A stretch of 64,000 bases of DNA from an uncultured Spirochaetota bacterium (GTDB taxonomy: Bacteria > Spirochaetota > Spirochaetia > SZUA-6 > Fen-1364): assembly GCA_963845535.1 (NCBI GenBank), contig CAWJSK010000019.1, forward strand, positions 32,001 to 96,000. The letters are read 5' to 3'. A program made the translations under genes and the position numbers. This document shows, in pieces, positions 1 to 12,215 of this stretch (within the stretch, counting starts at the first letter, position 1; each line of letters begins with the position of its first letter). The notes beneath the pieces were generated by a model. That model was not told the origin of the DNA and did no database searches. It saw only the letters and a program-made list of their open reading frames with translations.

Positions 1-584
1 TCACCTGCGGCGCGGTACGCCACTGGGGCGAGCTTTCCTGCAAGCTGGTGATGCCCATGCCCGTCCGCGGGGGTCCCGCTGAATATGGAGTACACCACGA
101 GGGGGCGGAACTTTCGGATGACGCGCACCATGTCCCGCAGCACTTCCTGGTCTCCCCACAACCGCGAAGCTTCCGCCAGGGTCTTGGAGAAGCCGAAGTC
201 ATACGCGCGCGTGAAAAACTGCTTTCCGCCATCCAGCGCCCGCGCCTGAAGGAGCTCTTCCGTGCGGATTACCCCGAGTGAGTCGTACAGCTCAGGGCCA
301 ATGACGTTCTGTCCCCCTTCGCCTCGATTCAGGGAAAGGTAGGCCACGCGGGCGTGGTCACCTCGGGCCGCGCGGGCAATGAACGCGGAGTCCTCATCAT
401 CAGGGTGCGCGCCAATCAGGAGGACGCTTGCGGTGGTGCGCAGCGCCTGGATCCGCTGGAGCACACCCGCTGCTCCCCTGTCGTAGACGTGGCGGACCTG
501 GGCATGAACGATGGCGGCCTGTCCGGCAAGCATGAGCAAGGCGATAAACCCCACGCAGGTTTTTTTCAAGCGCGCGCTCTTCAT
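1..584 (-). CDS. PIG-L/LmbE family deacetylase with signal peptide (partial, runs off window start)
   Basis: Not in the ORF track. Manual minus-strand translation from ATG 584 (ATGA overlap with the SDR stop) gives MKSARLKKTCVGFIALLMLAG...VLLIGAHPDDED...LNRGEGGQN...RTEELLQARALDG...DGHGHHQ, i.e. the HPDDE and HxHH motifs. Open to the window edge. Confidence 0.88.
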   Translation of the reverse strand, partial: MKSARLKKTCVGFIALLMLAGQAAIVHAQVRHVYDRGAAGVLQRIQALRTTASVLLIGAHPDDEDSAFIARAARGDHARVAYLSLNRGEGGQNVIGPELYDSLGVIRTEELLQARALDGGKQFFTRAYDFGFSKTLAEASRLWGDQEVLRDMVRVIRKFRPLVVYSIFSGTPADGHGHHQLAGKLAPVAYRAAG

Positions 585-1321
585 GATCGTGAACCGTTCA
601 TCCTTTCGAAAGTCTGCTCCAGTTCTTCCCGGGAGGCCCGGCTCATTTTCTCACTGAAGCCATGGGTGATTTCCGTCTTTCCCTCCTGGAGTTGTTGCGT
701 TACCGCGGCAACGAACTCCTCCAAGGGGGTACCCGTGGTGTGCAACCCGACGCCGCCGAGATCCGTGCTCACCGCGGGAGGGATGATTTCCACGACCTGG
801 ATTTTCGTGCGGGCCAAAAGAGGCCGCAGCGCGCGCGTGAAGGAGTGCATGGCGGCTTTTGTGGCGCAATAGATGGGAGCGCTCGCCAGCGGAACGAAGG
901 CCAGACCAGAGGTCACATTGAGGATGAACGGGTTTGGCGCCTTCTTGAGGGTCTCCAGGAGAAGCACGGTGAGATGGAGGGGAGCTTCCCAGTTGATGGC
1001 AATCTCCTGCTTTGCTCGAGCCCAGAAGTCTGCCTGGTCCAGACCCATGCGCTGCTGGATGCCCGCGTTGTTCACGAGGACGTTCAGCCGGGGATGCTCG
1101 GCTGAAATCCACTGCGCCAGGCGGACTCTTTCAGCCTCTTTGGTAAGGTCGCACGGGTAGGTGACCAGCTCGGGCTGTTTTTTCCGTGCGTCATCCAAGA
1201 CCGCTTTCCTGCGGCCGCACACGATCACCCGGCTCTTTGCCGCCAAAAACTTCTCAGCCAGCCCAAGCCCAATGCCGGATCCCCCGCCTGTGATCAACAC
1301 TTCATTGTTTGCCAGGTTCAC
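581..1321 (-). CDS. SDR family oxidoreductase (DltE-like)
   Basis: TGGGSGIG, NNAGIQ and YCATKAA motifs; GTG start at 1321 behind an AGGGAG RBS. Confidence 0.9.
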   Translation of the reverse strand: MNLANNEVLITGGGSGIGLGLAEKFLAAKSRVIVCGRRKAVLDDARKKQPELVTYPCDLTKEAERVRLAQWISAEHPRLNVLVNNAGIQQRMGLDQADFWARAKQEIAINWEAPLHLTVLLLETLKKAPNPFILNVTSGLAFVPLASAPIYCATKAAMHSFTRALRPLLARTKIQVVEIIPPAVSTDLGGVGLHTTGTPLEEFVAAVTQQLQEGKTEITHGFSEKMSRASREELEQTFERMNGSRS

Positions 1322-1438
1322 GGTAGTCTCCCTTTCTAGGTGAAGATATTCGCCGTTCACTCGGATTGCAAAGGAAAATGGCTCTAGCGCGGGAGATCGC
1401 GGCAAACGCCCTTTACTTCAGCGTTCGCCGGCACTATC

Positions 1439-2716
1439 ATGTCGGCTCGAGGAATGAGCCTGGCCGCTTCGCCTTTCTTTGCAAGAATGACATTCGTCAA
1501 GGTCCTCCATCTCGGAATCCTGTGCATCACGTATGGTCTCAGCGCCGCGTTTTTCCGGGCGGCCTCAGCCGGTCAGAGCACGCACGCTTTTTTTCCCGAA
1601 ACCTACTTCGGCTGCATTGCGGCCTCGGCGGCCGTGAGCCTGCTCGCCCTGTTCCTGCGTCCTGGCCTGTGGCTCTATGCAGTCCTGCTTCTGCGGACCT
1701 ACCTCCTCATCGTGTTCGGTTACAGCATCGGCGCATTCCTCTCCTCCCGGCTGGTCCTTGGCGTCGGGCTGATGACGGAAATTGGCGTCCTTGCCGCGTT
1801 TCCCGTCGGACTGGCCATCAGTGCCTGTGCCTTGACCGCGCTTGTCCTCGCGCAGGCCCTCCCGGCCGTCTTCGGCTCCAACAGCCTCGTCGACGTGCTC
1901 GTTTCACCCCCGCCGGACCAGCTCCTTGCGTACTGCTTTGTCCTGGCAGCCTTTGCCGTGGCAGCCTCCCTCCTGGCGCGAATGGCGGCACGCCGTCAGG
2001 AGCAGGAAGAGCTGCTCCGTTTCCAGGAGGCCAACCTCGACACGCTCGCGGAGCTGAACCTCAACCTCCAGGGCTACGCGAGGACCGTGGACGAGGAGTC
2101 CTCGGAGCGGGAGCGCAACCGCATCAGCAGGGAAATCCACGATATCTCGGGCTATATATTCACCAACCTCGTTGCTCTGATGGACGCGGCGGGGAGCATG
2201 CCTCGAAACGACCAGGCCGGGCTGACTGACGTGCTCATCACGGCGCGCAAGACCGCCCAGGAGGGACTGCGGGAGACGCGCCTTGCGCTCCGCAGGCTGC
2301 GCAATGAGCCGCTGCGGGTGAGCAACGCACCGCGCGCCATCTACAAAATCGTTTCCATCTTTCGCAAGATTACCGGCCTCGAGGTGACGCTCAGTCTCGG
2401 CAACCTTCCCAACGCCCTCAGCCAGGAGCTGAGCCTGGCGTTGTACCGCACCGTGCAGGAAGCCCTCACGAACGCCGTGCGCCACGGGAAGGCCTCCCGC
2501 GTCAGGGTGATCTTCCAGGTGGACGGAGAGGAGCTTCGGTTGACAATCACAGACAACGGAAGAGGGGCCTTCGAGGTCGTGAAGGGCATCGGACTTGCGG
2601 GGATGGAAGAGCGCCTGGGCGCCCTGGGGGGGAGCGTCAGCGTCGGACGGGCGCCGGAGGGCGGGTTTTCCGTGGCCGTGCAGGTGCCCATGAAAGTCCC
2701 CACGGATCCAAGGTAG
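1439..2716 (+). CDS. Membrane sensor histidine kinase, HisKA_3 (NarX/DesK-type)
   Basis: Multiple N-terminal TM segments; ERNRISREIHD H-box, QEALTNAVRHG N-box, DNGRG and GIGLAGM G-boxes. The true start may be ATG 1454. Confidence 0.92.
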   Translation: MSARGMSLAASPFFARMTFVKVLHLGILCITYGLSAAFFRAASAGQSTHAFFPETYFGCIAASAAVSLLALFLRPGLWLYAVLLLRTYLLIVFGYSIGAFLSSRLVLGVGLMTEIGVLAAFPVGLAISACALTALVLAQALPAVFGSNSLVDVLVSPPPDQLLAYCFVLAAFAVAASLLARMAARRQEQEELLRFQEANLDTLAELNLNLQGYARTVDEESSERERNRISREIHDISGYIFTNLVALMDAAGSMPRNDQAGLTDVLITARKTAQEGLRETRLALRRLRNEPLRVSNAPRAIYKIVSIFRKITGLEVTLSLGNLPNALSQELSLALYRTVQEALTNAVRHGKASRVRVIFQVDGEELRLTITDNGRGAFEVVKGIGLAGMEERLGALGGSVSVGRAPEGGFSVAVQVPMKVPTDPR

Positions 2717-2733
2717 CGGGAGATTTCAACGTC

Positions 2734-3414
2734 ATGTCAACGTCAATGGAAAAGATCCGACTGCTGATTGTCGACGACCAGGTCCTCTTCCTGGAGAGCC
2801 TTTCCACCTTCCTTCGCAACTATGCGGCGGACATCGACGTGGTGGGACTCGCAAAGAACGGCAGCGAGGCGCTGGAGAAGGCCGCCGCCCTCCATCCGGA
2901 CATCGTCCTCATGGACGTCCACATGCCGGTCATGGACGGGGTGGAGGCAACGGGCAGGCTCCTGGCCTCCCAGCCCGGAGTCCGGATCCTCATCTTGTCC
3001 ACATACGACGAAGACGAGTATGTCCGGCGCGCCTTGAAGCTGGGAGCCGCGGGCTACTTGTTGAAGGACATATCACCGACTGAGCTCATCGCGAGCATCC
3101 GCGCCCTCAAGGGGGGGGCGGTCCAGATTTCGCCCCAGGTGGTGGCAAAGCTCATGCGGAGCGTCCTCAGCGAGGAACCCTCGCCGGCGCGCGAGATCGC
3201 AGGCCGATTGGAGTGGTTTGAAAGTCTTACGCGGCGAGAGCGGGAGGTTTTCACCCTCATCGCCCGAGGCTACGACAACGTGCAGATCGGTGAGGAGCTC
3301 CACATGGCCGAGCATACCGTACGCAACCACGTGAGCATGATCTACTCCAAGCTCGGGGTGCAGGACCGGTTCCAGATCATCCAACTGGCGAACAAGATCC
3401 GCTATCACGAATAG
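2734..3414 (+). CDS. NarL/LuxR family response regulator
   Basis: REC domain (IVDDQ, LMDVHMP, YLLKD) plus LuxR HTH (LTRREREVF...TVRNHVSMIYSKLGV). Confidence 0.95.
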   Translation: MSTSMEKIRLLIVDDQVLFLESLSTFLRNYAADIDVVGLAKNGSEALEKAAALHPDIVLMDVHMPVMDGVEATGRLLASQPGVRILILSTYDEDEYVRRALKLGAAGYLLKDISPTELIASIRALKGGAVQISPQVVAKLMRSVLSEEPSPAREIAGRLEWFESLTRREREVFTLIARGYDNVQIGEELHMAEHTVRNHVSMIYSKLGVQDRFQIIQLANKIRYHE

Positions 3415-3444
3415 ACCGCTTGCGGGCTCGCCTGAGAGCTTGCG

Positions 3445-3489
3445 GGACAAATGTCCTGGATGGACCATTCATCTTCCGTGACATCTGTC
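3445..3489. promoter_or_regulatory. Pair of GACA-N2-TGTC inverted repeats, putative response-regulator boxes
   Basis: GGACAAATGTCC at 3445-3456 and GACATCTGTC at 3480-3489, upstream of the sugar-binding protein gene. Confidence 0.55.
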
Positions 3490-3571
3490 TCTTGTGAATG
3501 AAGCCGGGGTGGTTGCACACTGTCTGGCGCGCCCTTGTGGGTGCCGAACCATTCTCAGAAGGAGGCCTCTC

Positions 3572-4855
3572 GTGAAAAAAGGATTGGTCACAGCGCTTTC
3601 GCTGGTCCTGTTCCTGGCCCTCGTGCCCGTGGTCTTTGCACAGCAGAAGATCACGGTATGGTGCTGGGACCCCAACTTCAACGTCTACGCCATGAAACAG
3701 GCGGCGGCCGTCTATAACAAGACGCACGCCGACGTCACTATCGAAATCGTTGACATGGCGCAGGATATCGAGGCGAAAATCAGCGCCGGCTTGCAGGCGG
3801 GAGGCGCGGGTCTGCCTGACATCGCACTCTTTCAGGATTTCCGCATTGAACAGTTCCTCCATGACTATCCAGACGCGTTCGTTGACTTGAAGGCGGCAGG
3901 TGTTGACTACTCGAAGTTCGCCGCTTACAAGGTTGGACCCATGACCGTTGGCAGCAAGATTTACGGCATCCCGTTCGACACCGGCTCCACCGGTCTGTGG
4001 CTGCGCACGGATTACCTCAAGGCTGCCGGGTTCAATCCGGACAGATACATGGGGAAGAAATTGACGTGGTCGGAGGTTATAAAGCTCGGGGTCGCGGTAA
4101 AGGCCAAGACAACCAAACCTCTGCTTGCCTATCAGAGTGACAACTTCGACATGCTGCGCATTGTGGTGCAATCCACCGGCGGGCAGTTCTTCAAGCCTGA
4201 TGGGTCCCTCAACCTGCGTAGCGTGGCCTTTGAGAAATCCGTTGGCCTGTTCAAGGAGCTCAACGACAAGGGCCTTCTGTACAGCGTGGTCGGTTGGAGT
4301 GACTGGGTCAACGCCATCAACAGTGACCAGAGCGCGGGCTTCCTCAACGCCATCTGGATGGTCGGCACCGTGAAATCAAGGCCGGAGAACGCCGGCAAGT
4401 ACATGATCATACCCACACCGCGGATCGAGGGAGTGCCAGGCGCTGCCAACGCCTCCAACAACGGCGGCTCAAGCTGGTACGTCTTCTCCTCCAGCCCCAA
4501 TAAGGCGCTGGCCGTGGACTTCCTGAAGTCCGTCTGGGCAACCGCCACGCCGGACACGCTGGCCTTCTACAACACCATCCTCAAAGGCGCCGGCGCCATG
4601 GGGACCTTCCTCCCCAGCCAGAGCGGCTCCAACTACACGGCGCGGGACGAGTTCTTCTACAAGAGCCAGCCCATCTACAAGGACTTCGCCACATGGATGG
4701 CGAAGGTCCCCGTGCTCAAGTACACGCCGAACTACGTGCCCATGCGTGACGCTGTTGCGCACGCCTTGCTGAACTATTTCCAGGGCAAGCTGACGAGCGT
4801 GGATGACACCATCGCCGCGGCCGAAGCCGAGTACAAGCAGGTCATGGGGCAGTAG
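3572..4855 (+). CDS. Carbohydrate ABC transporter substrate-binding protein (lactose/galactoside-type)
   Basis: GTG start after AGGAGG; signal peptide; ITVWCWDPNFN, GLPDI, YGIPFDTG and GGSSW motifs; context of permeases plus beta-galactosidase. Confidence 0.92.
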   Translation: MKKGLVTALSLVLFLALVPVVFAQQKITVWCWDPNFNVYAMKQAAAVYNKTHADVTIEIVDMAQDIEAKISAGLQAGGAGLPDIALFQDFRIEQFLHDYPDAFVDLKAAGVDYSKFAAYKVGPMTVGSKIYGIPFDTGSTGLWLRTDYLKAAGFNPDRYMGKKLTWSEVIKLGVAVKAKTTKPLLAYQSDNFDMLRIVVQSTGGQFFKPDGSLNLRSVAFEKSVGLFKELNDKGLLYSVVGWSDWVNAINSDQSAGFLNAIWMVGTVKSRPENAGKYMIIPTPRIEGVPGAANASNNGGSSWYVFSSSPNKALAVDFLKSVWATATPDTLAFYNTILKGAGAMGTFLPSQSGSNYTARDEFFYKSQPIYKDFATWMAKVPVLKYTPNYVPMRDAVAHALLNYFQGKLTSVDDTIAAAEAEYKQVMGQ

Positions 4856-4876
4856 ACCCAATCAGCTTTTTCCAGC

Positions 4877-4924
4877 GGCTTCCGTTTCCGCCCGGATCTC
4901 CCGGGCGGGGCGGAAGCCTTTTTG
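4877..4924 (+). terminator. Stem-loop with U-tract between the binding-protein and permease genes
   Basis: GGCTTCCG...CCGCCCGG-loop-CCGGGCGG...CGGAAGCC followed by TTTTT. Confidence 0.7.
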
Positions 4925-4950
4925 TAAAGCAGGTCCGTCAGGAGCAAGCC

Positions 4951-5847
4951 GTGACACAACGTGGAGACTACGAACGATACCTCAATAGATTCGGATGGTT
5001 CTGCGTGGCCCCATCCGTGCTTTTCTTCTCCGTCTTCATGGCCTATCCCATCCTCTCGTCGCTGTACTACGTGACACGTCGATGGAAGGGAATGTCGAAC
5101 AGCTTCATCGGCCTGGGCAATTTTGTCCGCATGGCCCGTGACAACGTCTTCCAGTCCGCCCTGGCGCACAATTTCATTTTCATGGTCATCCAGGTCCCCA
5201 TCATGATCTTCCTCGCCTTGCTGCTCGCGGTTCTCCTGAACCAGGGCATCAGGCGTTTCCGCGGCGCGTTGCGCCTGGCAATCTTCCTGCCCAGCGTCAC
5301 TTCGCTGGTAGTGGTGTCAGTGCTGTTTCGCGTTCTCCTTCAGACCAACGGCTTTCTCAACAACGTGCTCTTGAGCGGGCACGTCATCAGCTCCCCCATT
5401 GGCTGGCTCAACAACGCGTTCTGGGCCAAGGTGACCATCATGCTGGCCCTCACCTGGAGATGGACGGGCTACAACATGGTCTTCTTCCTCGTGGGTTTGC
5501 AGAGCCTCGACACGCAGATCTTCGAGGCTGCGGAGGTGGACGGCGCCTCCAAGGCCCGGCAGTTTTTCACCATCACGGTTCCGCTTCTTGTCCCCATCAT
5601 TCTTTTTTCCGCGGTGACCTCCACGAGCGGCACCATGCAGCTCATTGACGAGCCCAACATCCTCACGTTCCAGGGAGGTCCGGCGAATGAAACAATGACG
5701 GCGGCTCTCTACATCTATCGTCAAGCCTTCTTCATCAACTTCGACTTCGGATACGCAACCGCGATGTCGTACGTCGTGGTGGTCATCTCCGGAATCCTGG
5801 CCTTCATCCAGCTTCGACTCCTGGGCGGAGAAAGGAGCGCAAAATGA
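4951..5847 (+). CDS. Carbohydrate ABC transporter permease 1
   Basis: Six-TM pattern; EAA loop IFEAAEVDGAS; FIGLGNF motif. Confidence 0.95.
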   Translation: MTQRGDYERYLNRFGWFCVAPSVLFFSVFMAYPILSSLYYVTRRWKGMSNSFIGLGNFVRMARDNVFQSALAHNFIFMVIQVPIMIFLALLLAVLLNQGIRRFRGALRLAIFLPSVTSLVVVSVLFRVLLQTNGFLNNVLLSGHVISSPIGWLNNAFWAKVTIMLALTWRWTGYNMVFFLVGLQSLDTQIFEAAEVDGASKARQFFTITVPLLVPIILFSAVTSTSGTMQLIDEPNILTFQGGPANETMTAALYIYRQAFFINFDFGYATAMSYVVVVISGILAFIQLRLLGGERSAK

Positions 5848-6665
5848 CCGTTGTCAACAAGTGGTCGCCGGGCCGCGCGCTCATGTGGCTCTTGCTGCTC
5901 GCCTGCGCGGTGGTGAGCCTGTTCCCGTTCTACTGGATGCTCAACGGCACGACGCTGAATCCGAATGACGTTCTTCGCGGCATCCTGGTTCCGGGAGGGG
6001 ATTTCGCGTCCAACTGGAAGCAGGCCACGACGGCCTACAATCTGCCCCTTTTCTTCACGAACTCGCTCCTGATTGCGCTGATCACCGTCATCTTCGGCGT
6101 CGGGATCAACGCCATGGCCGCGTTTGGCTTCGAGAAGTACCGCTCTCGGGCCAGAGACCGGGTGTTCGGGATCCTCCTCCTGACGCTCATCCTTCCGCAG
6201 ATCGCCATCGTGGTCCCCATGTTCAAGCTCTTCAGCTTTTTTCACCTGCTCAACACGCGCACGGCGATTGTCCTGCCTTCCATCATGTCGGTGTTCATCA
6301 TTTTTTTCCTGCGCCAGAACTTCAAGCTGTTCCCCACGGAGATCATGGAAGCGGCACGCGTGGACGGGGCCAGCGAGCTGAGCATTTTGGTGCGCATCGT
6401 GACACCCTCAATGCGAGCGAGCTTTGCCTCGGCGGCCATCTACATGTTCATAGCGCAATGGAACTCCTACCTGTGGCCGCTCATCACCATCCTCAAGGAC
6501 ACGATGAAGACCTTGCCCATCGCGATGTCCTCAATCATGAACGCGTATACCATCCAGTACGGCGCCCTCATGGTTGTCGTCTGCGTATCCACGCTGCCCG
6601 TGCTCATTCTTTTCCTGACCATGCAGAAGCAGTTCGTCGCGGGCCTGCTGGGGTCCGTAAAGTAA
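5844..6665 (+). CDS. Carbohydrate ABC transporter permease 2
   Basis: EAA loop IMEAARVDGAS; WNSYLWPL; ATGA overlap with permease 1. Confidence 0.95.
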   Translation: MTVVNKWSPGRALMWLLLLACAVVSLFPFYWMLNGTTLNPNDVLRGILVPGGDFASNWKQATTAYNLPLFFTNSLLIALITVIFGVGINAMAAFGFEKYRSRARDRVFGILLLTLILPQIAIVVPMFKLFSFFHLLNTRTAIVLPSIMSVFIIFFLRQNFKLFPTEIMEAARVDGASELSILVRIVTPSMRASFASAAIYMFIAQWNSYLWPLITILKDTMKTLPIAMSSIMNAYTIQYGALMVVVCVSTLPVLILFLTMQKQFVAGLLGSVK

Positions 6666-6699
6666 TGTCTGAGGAGGTCCGAGCTGCACGGGGTACGGC

Positions 6700-10063
<3,364 letters not shown>

Positions 10064-10087
10064 CGTGCCTCTCCCGTCAGGAATTAC

Positions 10088-10699
10088 CTACGGTTCGATG
10101 CCGAGTACGACCAGCGGAACGGCAGGAACGCCTCTTCCTTGCCGAAGGACATTGTATACTTCCCCCTCGTAGTACGGGACGCCGGAGCTCATCTCCGACT
10201 GCAGCGATTTCATGGGGAGTATCTCAATCCCGACGTCGATGTGGTCCCCGATATAGAAGGCAAGATGCTTTACAAAAAGGTCGTACGCAACGAAGGCGTA
10301 CTTCCCAAACTGCACTTCGATGGCAACACGATCCTTCACGAAGTCAGTCTGATTGTAGCTGAAGATTGGCGCCTCTCCCGCAGCGATAATTTCCTGCTTT
10401 TGCTGATCGGGAGGGAGCGTCAACGTCTTACGGATAAGCTTCTCGCTCTTCGTAACCCAATAGCTGACCCTGCTCTCTCCCCAACCCAGCTTGCTTAACA
10501 GCTGGTTAAAAGCGTTGTTCATATCCACTGGACTGAACAGCATCTTCCCTTTCATTGTTTTTTCTTTTGAGACCTTTGTCTTGCACTTCGCGGCATCCAC
10601 TCTTGAGATTACGCTTTTGATTTCCTGCCAGAGAGTGGCTTTGTGAACAAGGAGATATTCAAGCCCGTTCAGGTGAGAATAAGTCTCCGCAATCTTCAT
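10088..10699 (-). CDS. Type II restriction endonuclease, BglII/BstYI family
   Basis: YSHLNGLEYL N-terminus; QTDFVKDRVAIEVQFGKY catalytic D...ExQ motif; VGIEILP. Lies directly downstream of an MTase. Confidence 0.88.
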   Translation of the reverse strand: MKIAETYSHLNGLEYLLVHKATLWQEIKSVISRVDAAKCKTKVSKEKTMKGKMLFSPVDMNNAFNQLLSKLGWGESRVSYWVTKSEKLIRKTLTLPPDQQKQEIIAAGEAPIFSYNQTDFVKDRVAIEVQFGKYAFVAYDLFVKHLAFYIGDHIDVGIEILPMKSLQSEMSSGVPYYEGEVYNVLRQGRGVPAVPLVVLGIEP

Positions 10700-10721
10700 C
10701 CTCTGTGTAAAACAACTTCCA

Positions 10722-11693
10722 TCATTTTGCAACCTTCTTTGTCCATGGTGCTATGGTCAGGCTGTTGCCGGCTTCAACGGGATCATAGACCGGCTTGAAC
10801 ATTGGGCGGGTGCGCAGGGTGCCGTTGAGCTCTTGCTCAATCCTATGCCGCGCAAGCTTAACGTACTTTGGAACCACCTCTGCGCCCGCGCCTCGACGGC
10901 CATGCCGAACGGCTGCAACTATCGTTGTTCCCGTTCCGAGGAATGGATCAAGCACCCAGCCGTCTTGCTCGCTCATGGAGAGCACCAGCCGTTCAATGAG
11001 TCCGACTGGGAATTGGCACGGATGCTCGGTTTTCTCGACATGGTTGCTCTTCACGTTGGGGATTATCCAAAGATCACTCGGATTTTTTCCGAGAGGATTA
11101 CTTGAATATTCGCCAGCGTTCGGTCCCTTGAAATGCTTTTTGCCCGGGTATTTTTGTGGCACGCGCACGGGGTCCAGGTTGAAAATGTAGTCTTCGGATT
11201 TGGTAAACCAGATAACGGTCTCATAACGCCCGGAGAAACGCCTGCTGCAATGCAAGCCATGCTCGAAGTGCCAGATTATTCTGTTCCTCATCTTTAGGCC
11301 AAACTTCGCGAAGATGGGATAGAGAACCGTATCTAGGGGGATGATGGCACCATCATCGACATAGTTACCAACCTGCCAGCAGATATTTCCCCGTGGAGAA
11401 AGAGCTCTGACGCACTCTCCAATCACTTTTTCTTGCTGTTCGAGATAGACTTCGAGCTTCAGGCGCTTTTCGTATTCCTTGCCGATGTTGTAGGGCGGAG
11501 AAGTCACAACTAGTTGCAAGGCTTCGTCAGGAACAGTCCGGAGAAGATCGAGGCAGTCTCCCGTATAGACTACGATATGCTCCGATTTCCCGAATCTCTG
11601 AACAATGCCACGGCCATTCAGCCCCATCACTTCCCCTCCCCAGAGTCCCAATTGCAGGTCCAACGGCCTTACTCCTGATGGTATTTCGGCCAC
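10722..11693 (-). CDS. Site-specific DNA methyltransferase (beta class, probably N4-cytosine)
   Basis: VTSPPYN precedes HPCQFP and VLDPFLGTGTT, the beta-class motif order. Alternative start is ATG 11627. Confidence 0.92.
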   Translation of the reverse strand: MAEIPSGVRPLDLQLGLWGGEVMGLNGRGIVQRFGKSEHIVVYTGDCLDLLRTVPDEALQLVVTSPPYNIGKEYEKRLKLEVYLEQQEKVIGECVRALSPRGNICWQVGNYVDDGAIIPLDTVLYPIFAKFGLKMRNRIIWHFEHGLHCSRRFSGRYETVIWFTKSEDYIFNLDPVRVPQKYPGKKHFKGPNAGEYSSNPLGKNPSDLWIIPNVKSNHVEKTEHPCQFPVGLIERLVLSMSEQDGWVLDPFLGTGTTIVAAVRHGRRGAGAEVVPKYVKLARHRIEQELNGTLRTRPMFKPVYDPVEAGNSLTIAPWTKKVAK

Positions 11694-11923
11694 GGAGATC
11701 CGTCAACCGCCCCGTTGAGTGCCAGGGAAATCTTCATGTTCTGTTTTCGCACAATGCCAATAACCGCCCGACGTTTCCCAGCGCTTGCGGTGGCCTGCCT
11801 CGCGTAAGTGTAGCCCTTCAGGGAACGTTTGGGGAGGGTGGAGAACTTTTGCCGTCACGTCAGACGGAAATGAGTATAGCGCTTTGGGGGCTCTGGAGCT
11901 GTCTGCAGAAAAAGCGAAGAAAA

Positions 11924-11998
11924 TCGGGCTGGGCGGATTTGAACCGCCGACCCCTTGCACCCCAAGCAAGTACGCTAAACCAACTGCGCTACAGCCCG
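11924..11998 (-). tRNA. tRNA-Pro (TGG), CCA not encoded
   Basis: Reverse complement CGGGCTGTAGCGCAGTTGGTTTAGCGTACTTGCTTGGGGTGCAAGGGGTCGGCGGTTCAAATCCGCCCAGCCCGA folds as a cloverleaf. Confidence 0.97.
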
Positions 11999-12010
11999 AT
12001 TTTGTGTCGG

Positions 12011-12039
12011 AGCCTACCATCAGGGACCGCTACTGTCAA
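12011..12039 (-). promoter_or_regulatory. Sigma70 promoter of tRNA-Pro
   Basis: TTGACA-17 nt-TAGGCT on the minus strand. Confidence 0.75.
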
Positions 12040-12093
12040 GGTAACGCGCTGCGGGTAACGCGCTGCGGCGTGTCAAGGCGTAACGCGCTGCGG
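12034..12093. repeat. Short direct repeats: GTAACGCGCTGCGG x3 and TGTCAAGG x2
   Basis: 14-mer at 12041, 12055 and 12080; TGTCAAGG at 12034 and 12071. Confidence 0.85.
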
Positions 12094-12215
12094 GCCCAGG
12101 CAACGCTCGGCGGCGTGTGGCGCACCGCGGCGCCGCGCTCTCCTGCGCTGCCGCGCGTGACTCGCCGTCACGGGTGTCTTGATGATGATCGACCCTTTGC
12201 GATAACTTGAAACCA

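Noticed and set aside
12034..12093. CRISPR array (also considered for 29367-29412 and 40876-43542)
   Set aside because: Units are too short or are coding repeats, there are no unique 30-40 nt spacers, and no cas genes.
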